Shown: positions 1-12,880, counted from the stretch's first letter. The stretch: 64,000 bases of DNA from Octopus sinensis (GCF_006345805.1 NC_043011.1:8246001-8310000), one strand, 5' to 3'. Program-made: numbers and translations. Notes: a model not told the origin generated them from the sequence alone.

Positions 1-896
1 CTTTGTCAGTGAACAGGTCGCGGTCTCAAAGCGACGAAAATATTTTAGCAAATTAAATTTAAATGTTGAAGTGAATCTATCGGTTGTTTTGTGTGTTTTT
101 TAAATGGCTTATAAACCCCTTCCACGCTACACTTAGACATGTTTTCTGTTTAAGACTCTGACTAAGTCTGGGCAACGTCATACATTAGTTAAGACTGTTA
201 GATCATTCGTTGTTCATTGTCATTGCGAAAGAAAGTGTATAAATCATATATTTTTATCAATCACCTTAAATCGAATGAGAAATGTCACGGAATATTACCT
301 ACGTTATAACTGATAGATTCATTTCGTTTTGTTGTTGTTGTTGTTGTTGTTGTTCTTCTTCTTCTTCTTCTCCTTCTTTTCCTCCTTCTTTTCCTTCACC
401 ATCTTTTCCTCCTCCTCCCCTCCTCCTCCTCTTCCTTCTTCAATTTGCCTTTCATCTCTTTCTTTCGAGATCGATAAGTACCAGTCGCGCACTGGAATCG
501 ATGTAATCAGCTGACTCTCCACCCCACCTTACCCACCCAAAATGTTAGGCCTTATGCCCATAATAGAAACGATTATTATTATTGTGATTATTATTATCAT
601 TATTATTATTAATGTTGTTGTTGTTGTTGTTGTATTTTGGAGGTATATATTCAGAAACCAAATGCGACATAATCGCTGTCTTGTTAAACCATTAATATGT
701 AAACTGGATTGGAGAGCCATTTCGGTAACCAAATTAGTTCGATATTTGTTGCTTTAATCGCTACCAAATACTACTTCTTTATATGTTGTTGTTTAACCCC
801 TCAAGACTGTTTAGCCAAGGATGGAATGTCTTTCTATATAGAGTGTTTCAGACAGACCAATTTGATTGTGACATAATAATAATAATAATAATAATA

Positions 897-1206
897 GCGA
901 GAACTGTTCCTGTTATTGTGGGAGTCCTAGGTATGATAAGAAAGAGGTCAGAAACAGCTAGATAAGATCCCAGGAGACCCATGCCTCAGAGAAATCAAAA
1001 GATTGTGCTGACAAGTACTGCCCACATCCTTAGAAAAAAAACCTATCAATTTAAATGTATCTTTTGTATTACACGAAGATATTTCACTACAGTCCCAGCC
1101 ACTTTCCCTCCCCAAGCTTTTAGTGATACTGTGACATCTATTATCCTCCACACGACCCAGGACGCCGGGTGTATCTCGGCGAGTGATTGTAACAAACATG
1201 CAGACT
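897..1206 (+). mobile_element. 3' fragment of an R4/Dong-like non-LTR retrotransposon (C-terminus of the restriction-like endonuclease plus 3'UTR), frameshifted
   Basis: Frameshift-joined translation RTVPVIVGVLGMIRK...LDKIPGDPCLREIQKIVLTSTAHILRK matches my recollection of the R4/Dong C-terminal pattern (VPVxxGALG...IQKxVLLGTAxILRK). Flanked by (TAA)n on both sides. Confidence 0.7.
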
Positions 1207-1213
1207 AAAATAA

Positions 1214-1247
<34 letters not shown>

Positions 1248-1250
<3 letters not shown>

Positions 1251-1420
1251 GAAGGCCTGAAATTTAGAAGAAGGGATTATGTCGACCCCAGTGCGTAACT
1301 GGTAATTATTTGATCGACCCCGAAAGAGTGGAAGGTAAAGTCGACCGGGTGGAATTTGAAAACGTAGCTACAGATGAAATATCGCTGAGCATTTCATCCA
1401 GCGCTCTAACAATTCTCCCA
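1248..1420 (-). mobile_element. SINE family A copy, diverged
   Basis: Reverse complement of the family-A body (GTCGAC...CCTTTCGGGGTCGAT...GTACCAGTTACGCACTGGGGTCGAC). Confidence 0.7.
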
Positions 1421-1893
1421 TCGTCATAATGATGACGATGATGATGATAATGATGATGATGTATGAGCTTTTTGCCGAACGACCCACACAAATGATTTTT
1501 TTATTGGGATCAGATGTTCGTGCCGCTCATTAGTTCGCTCTCTCTCCATTGTTGTCTGAACAGGTGCAGCATGTTCCACAAGTCTGGAGTCGTGAAGTGA
1601 TCGCAGAACAAGGTGAGATGAAGTGTTTTGCTCAAAGACACAATGTACTACTCGACCTAGGAATTGAAACCACGATCAACTTTTTTGTAAAGTGTAATTA
1701 TTTTTCTTTTGAAGTGCTTTTTCTCTGTAATATTTTGTCTTCAAGAGAGAGAGAGAGAGAGAGTTTACAAATATTCTCAGAACTTTTTCATTCGGCTTTG
1801 GAGTTTTTAATTATGTTAAGTTAACCCTAAGCAAGAAAGTGCTGCTTTGAACCCCACCTCACCCAATTGCTCTGTTTGGTTTAACTGATTTAT

Positions 1894-2280
1894 ATGTGGT
1901 AAGTAGCTTGCTTACCAACCACATGGTTCCAGGTTCAATCCCACTGCGTGGCACCTTGAGCAGGTGTCTTCTATTCTAATCTTGGGCCGACCAAAGCCTT
2001 GTAAGTGGATTTAGTTGACGGAAACTGAAAGAAGCCCGTCGTACATATGTGTGTGTGTGTGTGTGTGAGTGTGTACGTCAGTGTTTCTTCCCCCCACCTC
2101 GCTTGATCAACCGATGCTGGTGTGTTTACATCGCCGTAACTTAGCAGTTCGGCAAAAGAGACTGATAGAATAAGTGCTAGGCTTACAAAGAATAAGTCCT
2201 GGAGTCGATTTGTTTGACTAAAGGCGTTGCTCCAGCATGGCCACGGTCAAATGACTGAAACAAATGAAAGAATAATAGAG
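1894..2280 (+). mobile_element. SINE family B (tRNA head, CORE-like segment, internal microsatellite)
   Basis: TGTGGTAAG head, GGTTCAATCC B-box, GGCACCTTGAGCAGGTGTCTT CORE-like motif, internal (TG)n, and 3' GCTCCAGCATGGCC...AAATGACTGAAAC shared with many copies in the window. Confidence 0.85.
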
Positions 2281-4105
2281 TCAGTGCAGAAACGATTACC
2301 AGATAAAGCTACTGGGATAATCCTTGTTTATTTCTGGATGAGAAATTAAGACTGGTTTACAGAAATCTTTGAATAGCTGGAGTTTTCACAATTTCTCGAT
2401 GCTTCACAACTGGATAAAAAAGAGAGGACGATATATCAGATTACGACTTATTCACCTATACAAACCGCCATGAAAACTTAACGGATGATGTTTAAGTGCG
2501 CTTTAGGTATATGTGAGTCCGTTAGTAGATCATTTATCCATCCGCACTGAAAAAGAAAATGTAGATACAGGGACTAACATTTTAGAGGAATTGATTGACA
2601 CGAACTTGAATTTCTAGACAAAGGCATTGTTCTAATACAAAAGCTTTTGTGATTCTGGCGACCTGAAAATACTGCAAGCAAATACTTAAATATTTGGCTA
2701 GCTGATAACGTTTTTATTTACATTTTCAAATTCATATATGGTCGAAACTGGATTAGGCCATATAAAAGCCTTGTTAGGTAAACAAAGAAGCAGGCTTTAA
2801 AATCGATGAACGTACTAATCTAGGATTAAAACACGAATATTCCTCGTAATATTCTTGCTATTGATAACAGTCGTGTAATCATTCCATCTCGTTTAGAACA
2901 TTAATATTCTCAGGTAATAAAAGGTATTTTATGATATCTTTATACTTTGTAATTATCTTCGATAAATTAGGTAACTTGGATATAAAATGAAAACCAATTT
3001 TCCTTCTGAAAAGTCTACATAAATATCTATAGAAATATCTTCAAGAGTTGTCCATTTCGGAATTTACTATTTCAAAATAGTAAAAAGGTATAAATGAAAG
3101 TTCTACTTCTTCGAAATACATAAGTGGCTGCTTCTGAAAGCTTTAATATAGAGGGTCACATTACTTTTTATCACCTTTTAAATTCCAGATATATTTAGAC
3201 AGTGAAGCAGTAAGATGTATTTCTGCATATTTGAGTATACACATGCTGCGGGAAGTTTTTTTCTTTTTCCTTTTACTTTTCTTTTTGTAATTTTTAAAAG
3301 TCTATCCAGTGAGCCTTAGATAACTTTTTATTCGCGTGTGTTAATGAACTTCTTCCTAATATCATTCATTATATGGTCATTCGTTCTACGCAAACTGAAT
3401 AGTCCATCATCACGATAATTACCACGTGGTTTCGAGCGAACCTTTTAACCACACAATTATGCCTACTCCTATATAAATATTTTTGCGTACACGAACACTC
3501 AAACATAAACACATATACATCCAGACATATTAACATACATGTAAATTTACTGTATGTCAATCGCATAAGTGTGTGAATAAATGATCATTATTTAAACACG
3601 ACGCGTGTTTTTTTCTCTCCGTTTCTTTGTCATCCTCTCTTTGTCTTCCTCTCTTTTTCTTTCCACCCACTCTTTCTTTCTCTCTTTCCTTCTCTCTCTC
3701 TCTCTCTCTCTCTCTCTTTTCGTGTGTGCGTGTGCGTATGTGAGTGGAAGAAAACTAAGTATGCTTACGTCAATGACTCGTTACCGATTTATCTGCCCTC
3801 TGTGCCGAACCAGATACACTAAACTGCAAAATATTACACAAAATGAAGGACGGGCAAGAAAAGAAAACAAAACCACGAATATAAAATAAAAAGGCTTCGT
3901 AAAAAAATGTTTCATTGATTTTTTTCTTTCTTTTTATTCACTTCTCTCACATACTTATACACACAAACAAATACACGCATATAGTCACACACGTGCACGC
4001 ACACACAAACAAGCACATGCGCATATACACACACATGGTCGCAAATTCACCTCCTTTCCTAATGATTCACATAGACAACACAAACATACTAAGACACGAG
4101 CAGTT

Positions 4106-4159
<54 letters not shown>

Positions 4160-4365
4160 GTATCTTCTATATATTAGTGAAACAAAAGGCTATGAAAACA
4201 ACAGCAACAACAGTAGAAATGACTATGGCGATGAAAAGAACAAAGACTATTGCATTTAGGAACTGCATTACTCCTTTGACGAGTCGGCGAAGGAGCTAAA
4301 AATAACAAACAAATCAGATCTCTATCAAATCACCTCAACAGCAAATATCCTGTTATAAATATTCT

Positions 4366-4580
4366 GCGTCGCGCTGGCAGAATCGTTAGCACGCTGGACG
4401 AAATGCTTAGCGGTCTTTCGCCCGTCGCTACGTTCTGAGTTCAAATTCCGCCGAGGTCGACTTTGCCTTTCATCCTTCCGGGGTTGATAAATTAAGTACC
4501 AGTTACATACTGGAGTCAATCTAATCGACTGGCCCCCTTCCCCAAAATTTCGGGTCTTGTGCCTAGAGTAGAAAAGAATA
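4366..4580 (+). mobile_element. SINE family A, near full length
   Basis: GCTGGCAGAATCGTTAGC head, GAGTTCAAATTCC B-box, body GAGGTCGACTTTGCCTTTCATCCTTCCGGGGTTGATAAATTAAGTACCAG, tail GCCTAGAGTAGAAAAGAATA. Confidence 0.85.
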
Positions 4581-4939
4581 TTCTGTGTCAAAATCCCAGT
4601 TCTGTAAGGATTATTACAAAACTGAAATAAATGGCAGAAGAAGGGGTTAGAGTCTTCTCTCTTACATTAGAGATTTCCTTACTTCTTTCAAAATGATTGT
4701 TAACAAACTTGGTAGGATTTGGGGGATAGCGCTCATTTCTGAGTTAGATCATTTTATATTCGGGTACATATTCAGCTGCCTAATGTCAACAACAGTATGG
4801 AGGTATAATATGCCATATGATTTACTTCAGAACTTCCTTTGTATCCGTAGAGTTTATAAAAATACGAGAGAGGAAATATAATTCACAATGCACTTTATGC
4901 AGAACCATTATCATCGTTTTGACACATCACGCACCGAGA

Positions 4940-5135
4940 GATGGATGGATGGATGGATGGATGGATGGATGGATGGATGGATGGATGGATGGATGGATGG
5001 ATGGATGGATGGATGGATGGATGGATGGATGGATATCGGTGCTTGATGTGTCGAAACGATCGTAATGATTTTGTATAAAGTGTAACGTGAATTTTATTTC
5101 CTGTCTCATATTTATATATATATATATAATATATA

Positions 5136-5171
<36 letters not shown>

Positions 5172-5215
5172 TGTATGTATGTATGTATGTATGTATGTAT
5201 GTATGTATGTATGTG
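4940..5215. repeat. (GGAT)n, (TA)n and (TATG)n microsatellites
   Basis: Seen directly. Source of the WMDG/YIHT ORFs. Confidence 0.95.
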
Positions 5216-5835
5216 TGTACAAGGGAAAGCTGGTGGTATAAATTCAATGAACAATTAATAGAATGCCTTAAGTCAATGCCTTATAGTCAATGCCTTAAGA
5301 TATACTAGAGCGCCTAACTGTTAAGTCCTACAGAAAACTTCACACAATAAAGAAGTACATTACTCAAGCAAAAACCCGCTTTCATCGTTATTTTTGCATA
5401 TCTTTACGTCTGCTAACGTTTGTTTAGTCTTGCATGAAGCCACATATGCTTATGAAAAATTTTCAACATTCATATGTATTTATCATACAGTAACTATGGT
5501 GGTGTTTCACTAGTTATCAAAACGTCTATAACAAATTTCTCGGTGTATTTGATCCTGATTATATGTTCCAGGAATAAACACAGCCAACGTCAATATTGTT
5601 ACACATCTCTCCAGCAGCCAATACCACAAAATACTGTCAAATATTTGAAATATATTTAATTGAATAAGAATTCAAAACAATAGAAATTCTAGTCTTCTGC
5701 CTATGATAAGAACAATCGTTATATTATACCTGTCTCGTAGACTGGTCAGATACAAGCACGCTGTCTTCTAAAACATATAAATACGCACATATATAAATTC
5801 ACACGTATATATACGGATACATGCATGCAAATACA

Positions 5836-5886
<51 letters not shown>

Positions 5887-6052
5887 TATTCAAAGGAATT
5901 CCAGCTCTGTCGTTTTTTATGTTTTATTTATATTCTTCATAATATTAATGTAGAATATAGAATCTATAGTATAAATAGTATATATTGTGTAAAATGAAAT
6001 GAAGTATTGATTGTCTTATTGAATAGATGAAATATTGAATATCAAATATTAA

Positions 6053-6096
6053 GGGACTAGTATACTTTCTTGCGTTTAAGCAGTCTTCAAGGTCCC
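6053..6096 (-). ncRNA. Type I hammerhead-like ribozyme motif with variant core
   Basis: Minus strand reads GGGAC-CUUGAAGA-CUGC-UUAAAC-GCAA-GAA-AGUAUACU-A-GUCCC. Stem I is 5 perfect bp and stem III is a perfect palindrome. The core has one extra U and a C/A mismatch at 10.1/11.1. Confidence 0.55.
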
Positions 6097-6139
6097 AGGT
6101 TGTGACAGGAATTATTCAACTGTATATATATATGTATAC

Positions 6140-6355
6140 ATGTTTCAAAATTGTACAAAAAGGAAACAAAAATGAAAAGACCGAGACAGGAGAAAAGGCG
6201 GCAAATGAGGTGTATTAGTTTGACGCTGAATAAGAATAAAAGGGGCTTTGACGTTTCGAGCCTACGCTCTAAAAAAACGAGGAATGAAAGGAGAAAAAAG
6301 ATGGAGTGAGGGAGAAAATGTAGAGAGAAAAACACGTGTCTAGATTAACGGTTAT
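6140..6355 (-). mobile_element. TA-anchored family E insert (about 200 bp) with a decayed minimal hammerhead
   Basis: Minus strand has GAGC-GUAG-GCUC-GAAACGUC-AAAG at 6246-6269, but the CUGANGA half is lost. Downstream ATTCAGCGTC resembles TTCCTGAGCGT(C) in the 23285 and 50580 copies. Flanked by TA repeats. Confidence 0.6.
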
Positions 6356-6401
6356 ATAGATATGTATATATGTATGTGTGTGTGTGTATGTGTGTGTGTG
6401 T

Positions 6402-6695
6402 GGAGGTGCAATGGCCCAGTGGTTAGGGCAGCGGAATCGCGGTTTCGATTTCCAGACCGCTGTGTGTGTTTATTGAGCGAAAACACCTAAAAGTTCCACG
6501 ATGCTCCAGCAGTGGGTGGTGACGACCTCTGTTGTACCCTTTCGCCACAACTTTCTCTCACTCTCTCTTCCTGTTTTTTGAGTAACGCTGCGATGGACTA
6601 GCGTCCCGTCCAGCTGGTGGGAACACATACGCCACAGAAACCGGGAAACCGGGCCCATGAGCCTGGCTAGGCCTGAAAAGGGGCGACGTTTATCG
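6402..6695 (+). mobile_element. SINE family C (tRNA-derived head), short-tail variant
   Basis: GGAGGTGCAATGGCCCAGTGGTTAG A-box and GGTTTCGATTTCC B-box. Body shared with 42584-42875. Confidence 0.85.
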
Positions 6696-7036
6696 TTATA
6701 TATATATGTACACATAAACCTGGGTCTCTGCGTTACGAGGGACACAATTCTTGATTCGGAGTTTCAAAGGATTTATTTATTCATCAATCTGTCTCTCTAG
6801 AATGTCTCTGATATACATATGTTTATGCAAAAATGTGTGTGCACGCGTGAGTGTATATATATATATATATGTATGCGCAGTATATGCATATGTATGCGCG
6901 TGTTGTCGTACATAAAGGTTATGTATCTGTCTGTGTGTCCTGTTGACATAGACTAGATGATACATATGTAAGTACGCGACATTTATCTGAGCCAGACATC
7001 CTTCATATTAACCCTCTTACTGCGGTTTTTTCCTTC

Positions 7037-7136
7037 NNNNNNNNNNNNNNNNNNNNNNNNNNNNNNNNNNNNNNNNNNNNNNNNNNNNNNNNNNNNNNNN
7101 NNNNNNNNNNNNNNNNNNNNNNNNNNNNNNNNNNNN
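7037..7136. other. Assembly gap (100 N)
   Basis: Run of exactly 100 N, a typical placeholder for a gap of unknown size. Confidence 0.98.
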
Positions 7137-7425
7137 ACCTAACTCAGATACCAGGAAACCCCAAATGGCACAAATTCAAAAGATAGTGCTCATGGGAACT
7201 GCTCATATCCTACGCAAAATACTTTCTTTGTAATCTCAAGTTTTAAAGCAAACATAATTTTCGTATGGTCTTTTTAGACATTCACTAGTACAACACTAAG
7301 CACAAAACCAAATATATGGCACCCTAGGCATAATAATAACATGAACTTCCAACTTGTTGTCTCTTGAGGTCTCTGGGTGAGACTTGCAGCCAGCTTGTGC
7401 AAATGTAAAGCAAAAAGCAAACATA

Positions 7426-7427
<2 letters not shown>
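7137..7427 (+). mobile_element. 3' end of a second R4/Dong-like LINE
   Basis: Translation LTQIPGNPK/MAQIQKIVLMGTAHILRKILSL* (stop 7231-7233), then a 3'UTR and (TAA)n tail. The 5' part is lost in the gap. Confidence 0.7.
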
Positions 7428-7459
<32 letters not shown>

Positions 7460-7655
7460 CCTTTTTACTAAAAGCACAAGTCCTGAAATTTGGGGGGATC
7501 CAGTCGACACCGGTATTCCACTGGTACTTATTCCATCGACCCCGAAAGGGTGAAAGGCAAAGTCAACCGTGACGGAATTTGAACTCAGAACGTAAAGACG
7601 GACGAAATGCCGCGAAGCATTTTGCTTAGCGTGCTAACGATTCTGCCACCTCGCC
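7460..7655 (-). mobile_element. SINE family A copy
   Basis: Reverse complement of the family-A head and body. Confidence 0.75.
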
Positions 7656-7932
7656 GTCTTAATAATAAAATAAAAATAGCAACAACAACAAAAACTATGG
7701 CGACTATTGGGATAATAACGACGTCAATGCTATGTCCAGCAAGAATACATTTATCAAAATTTTTGTCCTGCAGAGCAAATTGTCATTCTACGATGATCTC
7801 TTGCACACCTCCGTGATATGTCACTTACTTCCTGTTTGGCAAACTCTCAAGAATTTCGGCCTCAATTCAATCGATTGTTTTCCTGTCGCCTTTCCAAAAA
7901 AAAATTGTGTAGTAGTAGTATCAGCAGTGATG

Positions 7933-7974
<42 letters not shown>

Positions 7975-8724
7975 TCAGCAGTGATGGTAGTGGTAGTAGT
8001 GGTGGTGCTGGTAGTAGTAGTTGAAACATCGTGTATCAATGACAGTCTGTCTAATGCATCCCCTTTTTAAAGACTTTCGAATGTGAAGGAGTGGCCAAGT
8101 GGTTAGTCTTTTTGGGATCACACTAGACTAAGCGACACAATGTGTGTTTTTTTTTAGCAAGGGCTCTGTTTCACACTGCCCCGATCCATTCACCTGAAAA
8201 CGTGTGGCAGCCAGGTCATAGTTGAGCCTTTTTTTTCCGGTTGTGAACTTGAAGGGGCCGAGAAGGTGTCCACGTTATATCTGCGACTACACTGGCACCT
8301 CAGAAATTTAACGAAAGCAGCGTACATATCAGCCTGTCATATTCGTTTGCGAACGATATCTATGGCTGGATATGTAATTTAAGGGTTACATGACGCTATC
8401 GACCCCCTTTCATTAGTACTTTATTTTATCGACCCCAGAACGGTGAAAAACATAATTGACCTCGGTGGTATTTGAACTCAGAATGTAAAGAGCAGAAATT
8501 CCGCTAAGGATTTTGTCCGGGGTAGTGGAGAGTAACGACGTTGCCAGGAGTTAACAAGTTCAGATCTGGACTAATTCAAGTTTCCATGAGTTTAACTTTG
8601 CCATTTACCCTTTCGGGGACCATAAATACTCGTTGAGCAATGGAGAGGTAATCTACTAAACCGATGACCCAAATTTTGCGGCGTTGTCCTCATAGCAGAA
8701 AGAATTATTACTGTTTATTAAGGC

Positions 8725-8933
8725 CAGAACCTATGAGAATCATTAGCACACCAGACAAAAGGTTTAATGGTATTTCATCAGTCTTTATGTTCTGAGTTCA
8801 AATTCCACCGCGGTCGATTTTGCCTTTAGTCTTTTCGGGGTCGATAAATGAAGTACCAGTTGAACACTGGGGTCGATATAATCTACTATACCTCTCCCAC
8901 CAAATTTGAGGCCTTGTGCCTCCAGTAGAAAGG

Positions 8934-8984
<51 letters not shown>

Positions 8985-9185
8985 ATTATTATCATTATTA
9001 TTATTATTATTATGAAGGTGAAGTGCGTACAGAGTGGTTGGCACGTCGGATAAAATGCTTCGTGGCTTTTCTTCCGGTTGTTTACTCTCTAGATTTAAAA
9101 TCCGCCGAGTACGACTTTGTCTCCCGTCCTTTCGAGATCGATAAAGTAAGTAAATTACTGGCTTTGTGCCAAAAATTGAAACCAT
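8725..9185 (+). mobile_element. Two SINE family A copies, each ending in an (ATT)n tail
   Basis: Copies at 8725-8935 and 9020-9185 both carry the B-box and GTCGA(T/C)TTTG...GTCGATAAA body. Confidence 0.7.
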
Positions 9186-9269
9186 CATTATTATTATTAT
9201 TATTATTATTTTGTTACTGTAGTTAGTAGCAGCAGCAGCGGCAGCAGCAGTAGTAGTAGCAGCAGCAAC

Positions 9270-9302
<33 letters not shown>

Positions 9303-9720
9303 TAACGTAGACGGAGGTGTTGACGAAGAGATATTAATAGGTGTATATGTTCTTAACGTTGTATTTCATATGAAACGATAATTATATTTTCCTTTTTCTC
9401 TTATTTTGTCTTCTCAATGAAACATTGAAAAGAACCGCCCTGACGAGACACAGCCTTTATAGCTTTACCTCCCCTTCCCTTCTCCTACAACACAACCCAG
9501 TCAATCTGTTATTTTACTACAAATAGGAAATTACGGCCTTCTTCAATCTCGGCTGTTTACTTGTTCCTAGCTGTGGCTGAAAGTCAGTTTATTAAGCCCC
9601 CACCCCCCACCCCACCAACACACACACACAAGCGTGCACGCACACACGCACACACGCACATACACACACACAGGCAGGTGTGACAGGCATTCGAAAAAAA
9701 AAAAAACCGATCTAGCATTA

Positions 9721-10115
9721 TATTTCTTTACTGCCCACAAGGGGCTAAACATAGAGGGGACAAACACGGACAGACAAAGGGAGTAAGTCGATTACATCGA
9801 TCCCCAGTGTGAAACTGGTACTTTGGCGGCGAGCTGGCAGAAACGTTAGCACGCCGGGCGAAATGCGTAGCCGTATTTCGTCTGCCGTTACGTTCTGAGT
9901 TCAAATTCCGCCGAGGTCGACTTTGCCTTTCATCCTTTCGGGGTCGATTAAATAAGTACCAGTTAGGCACTGGGGTCGATGTAATCGGCTTAATCCGTGT
10001 GTCTGTCTTTGTTTGATCCCTCTGTGTTTAGCCCCTTGTGGGTAGTAAAGAAATAGGTACTTTGTTTATCGATCCCGAAAGGATGAAAGGCAAAGCCGAT
10101 CTCGGCGGAAACATT
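9721..10115. mobile_element. Compound SINE family A: minus 3' fragment, plus full copy, minus fragment
   Basis: 9721-9823 on minus, 9826-10060 on plus (GGCGAGCTGGCAGAAACGTTAGC...GTAAAGAAATAGGTA), 10062-10115 on minus. Confidence 0.75.
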
Positions 10116-10463
10116 AAGCTCTCCGTTTATTGCATGGTTAATAAAAATGACCGTGGTTGAGGATAGAATGAGCTTTCCCCTCGTTCTGAAAATCAAAGAG
10201 ATTCAGTGCTGCAGAGAATGCATGTAAAGATGTCTATTCCGTTTGTATACAGCTGTTTCATAGGATCTTGTTATATAACAGATATCACACCAATAGATTT
10301 ATTATACACGTTATATGCGTGTTGATGGTCATGTAATATCTAATCTATAACTAACAAGATTATGGAACATCTGTAAACGAATGGATTATATATCGACTTG
10401 CTCACTTTACTTCACTTATCTGTTATGTGTGTGTGTGTGTGTGGTGTGTGTGTGTGTGTGTGT

Positions 10464-10494
<31 letters not shown>

Positions 10495-11017
10495 GTGTAT
10501 GTGTGTGTGTGGGTTTGTACAAGAATGAGAGAGAAAGAGAAACAGAGACAGAGAGACAGAGAGACAGAGAAAGTTGAAGTCAGTTGTCCCTACGTACAGA
10601 TTTCCAAACAACAAGAATGATAAAACGAGCGCAGGAAAAAAAAAATGAAAAAAATGATAAGCTTGTGTTTATCGTAATTGTTCCTACATTTGATCGCCAT
10701 AACAGTATTAGCAATAATGCTAAGTATAACAGTAGCTGACTACAAAGCTAGAAGCAGACTGGATGAGAAGACTCCATGACGTACTCGGAGCACATAAGTT
10801 TAGTCGTACATCTATTTGCACACACAAGATAGAATGTATGTGTGTTTATTATAATATATATATTATATATATATAATATATATATATATATATGTGATGT
10901 GTGTGTGTGTTGTGTGTGTTGTGTGTGTGTTGTGTGTGTTGTGTGTGTGTGTGTATTTAAAAAAGGAGATGTGGAACACGAGTTGTGATATATAAAAAAG
11001 GAAATGAAGAAAATGGT

Positions 11018-11249
11018 GACAAAATAATTTAAGTAAGGGAGAGTGTATTTAATCAGGTGAAGTTCTTTTTACCGGTTGCGCATTTGTTATGCTTATCAAA
11101 AGATATTTTTTTAAGAGAGATGAAAAAAATCTATCAAAAGGAACTATCTCTCAAAAAAAAAATCTTTTGATAAGCATAACAAATGCGCAACCGATAAAAA
11201 GAACTTTCACCTAATTAAATACACTCTCCCTTACTTAAATTCTTTTGTT
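11018..11249. repeat. Long imperfect palindrome (about 100-bp arms, 24-nt spacer), MITE/foldback-like
   Basis: AATTTAAGTAAGGGAGAGTGTATTTAATCAGGTGAAGTTCTTTTTACCGGTTGCGCATTTGTTATGCTTATCAAAAGAT pairs with ATCTTTTGATAAGCATAACAAATGCGCAACCGATAAAAAGAACTTTCACCTAATTAAATACACTCTCCCTTACTTAAATT. Confidence 0.9.
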
Positions 11250-11274
11250 AGCATTTTCTTCATTTCCTTTTTTA

Positions 11275-11338
<64 letters not shown>

Positions 11339-11341
11339 ATA

Positions 11342-11795
11342 TATATATTTCTTTATTCATGCCCACACAGGGAGCTAACAGAGAGGGACAAAAAAGTGGT
11401 TTTAGTCGATTACATCGACCCCCAGTGCATAACTGGTACTTATTGGTGGACCCCGAAAAGATGAAAGGCAAAGTTGACCTCGGCGGAATTTGAACTCAGA
11501 ACCTAGCGGCAGACGAAATACCTATTTCTTCACTACCCAGAAGATGCTAAAAACATAGGGGACAAATAAGGACAGACAAACGGATTAAGTCGATTAGATC
11601 AATCCCAGTGCATAACTGGTACTTATTTAATCGACCCCGAAAGGATGAAAGGCAAAGTCGACCTCGGCGGGATTTGAACTCAGAACGTAGCGGCAGACGA
11701 AATACCTATTTCTATTTCTTTACTACCCACTAGGGACTAAACACAGAGAGGACAAACAAGGACAAACAAATGGATTAAGTCGATTATATCGACTC
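11342..11795 (-). mobile_element. SINE family A body concatemer (2-3 head-to-tail units)
   Basis: The GAAAGGCAAAGTCGACCTCGGCGG body repeats at about 184-bp spacing, with GACGAAATACCTATTTC junctions at about 11513 and 11697. Confidence 0.85.
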
Positions 11796-12439
11796 CATAT
11801 TCATATGAAACTTCGAAGTCACTGTCAGAACTGCTCTTGTAAGTTTGGTGCCCCAGCATGGCCGCGACCTTCGCGCTAAAACATTTTAAGGATTTAAGAA
11901 TTATACAAAAACGTATTGAGTAATCATTCAGTATATTGTAAAATTGATTTTATTGTAACTCGATATAAAAACAATCATTAATACAACAACGTGTACGTTT
12001 GTCTGCTGTGTGTCCGTGTGTCCATCGTCTGTCTGTCTGTGCGTACGAGACTAATATGAATTCGCGCGTGCACTTACATAAATACGATGCATACACACAT
12101 ACAACAAGCTTCCTTACACTTTCCGCTGACCAAATTTAATGAGACGTCAACGGTTTGACTGAGACTTTAGTAGAAGACAGATACTCCAAAACATAACTCT
12201 TTCAATCTATGAAAACTAAGAGTATTGACTGAAGAAAGGACTCAATACAAGTGAATTGCATAAATATTACTGACTGTGATATCGAAGTTTCGCCAGTTAG
12301 GGCTTGTTAGAACTCTTACCATTACAATATTTATAGACAGGAAATATTGCCAAAACTCGCAATAAAAGTTTGTGAAGTATCAGCGTTCTATATTTTATCC
12401 AACTCTACATTCGACATCGAGCACTCTCTTCTGTTCTTC

Positions 12440-12880
12440 GTGGTTGTGTGGAAAGAAGCTTGCTTCCCAACCCCACGGTACCGGGTTCAGTTCCACTGCA
12501 TGGTACCTTGGGCATGTGTCTTCTGCTGTAGCTCCGGGCTGACTAGAGCCTTGTGAGTGGATTTTCTAGACGGAAACTGAAAGAAACCTGTCACATATAT
12601 ACATGAGTGTGTGTGTGTGCGTGTGTGTGTGCGTGCATGTGTGTGTTTGTGTGTGCGTGCGCGCGCGTCTTTGTGTCTGTGTTTGTCACCACACCATCGC
12701 TTGATAATCGGTGTCGTTGTGTTTGTGTCCCCGTAACATAGCGTTTCGGCAAGAGAGACCGATAGAATAAGTCCTAGGCTTTAAAAAATAAGTCCTGGGA
12801 TCGATCTGTTCGACTAAAATCCTTCAAGGCGGCAAGGCGGTGCTCCAACATGGCCGCAGTCAAATAACTGAAGCAAAAGA
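12440..12880 (+). mobile_element. SINE family B
   Basis: Same head, CORE-like segment, internal (TG)n and 3' end as 1894-2280. Confidence 0.85.

Noticed and set aside
7008-7036. piggyBac-like TTAA-CCC terminus (also 36011)
   Set aside because: Only a few diagnostic bases. One is cut by the N gap and no matching opposite end was found.
12222-12248. GTATTGA-CTGAAGA-AAGGAC-TCAATAC as a hammerhead
   Set aside because: It has a stem I and CUGAAGA but no stem II, GAAA or stem III. Either collapsed beyond recognition or chance.
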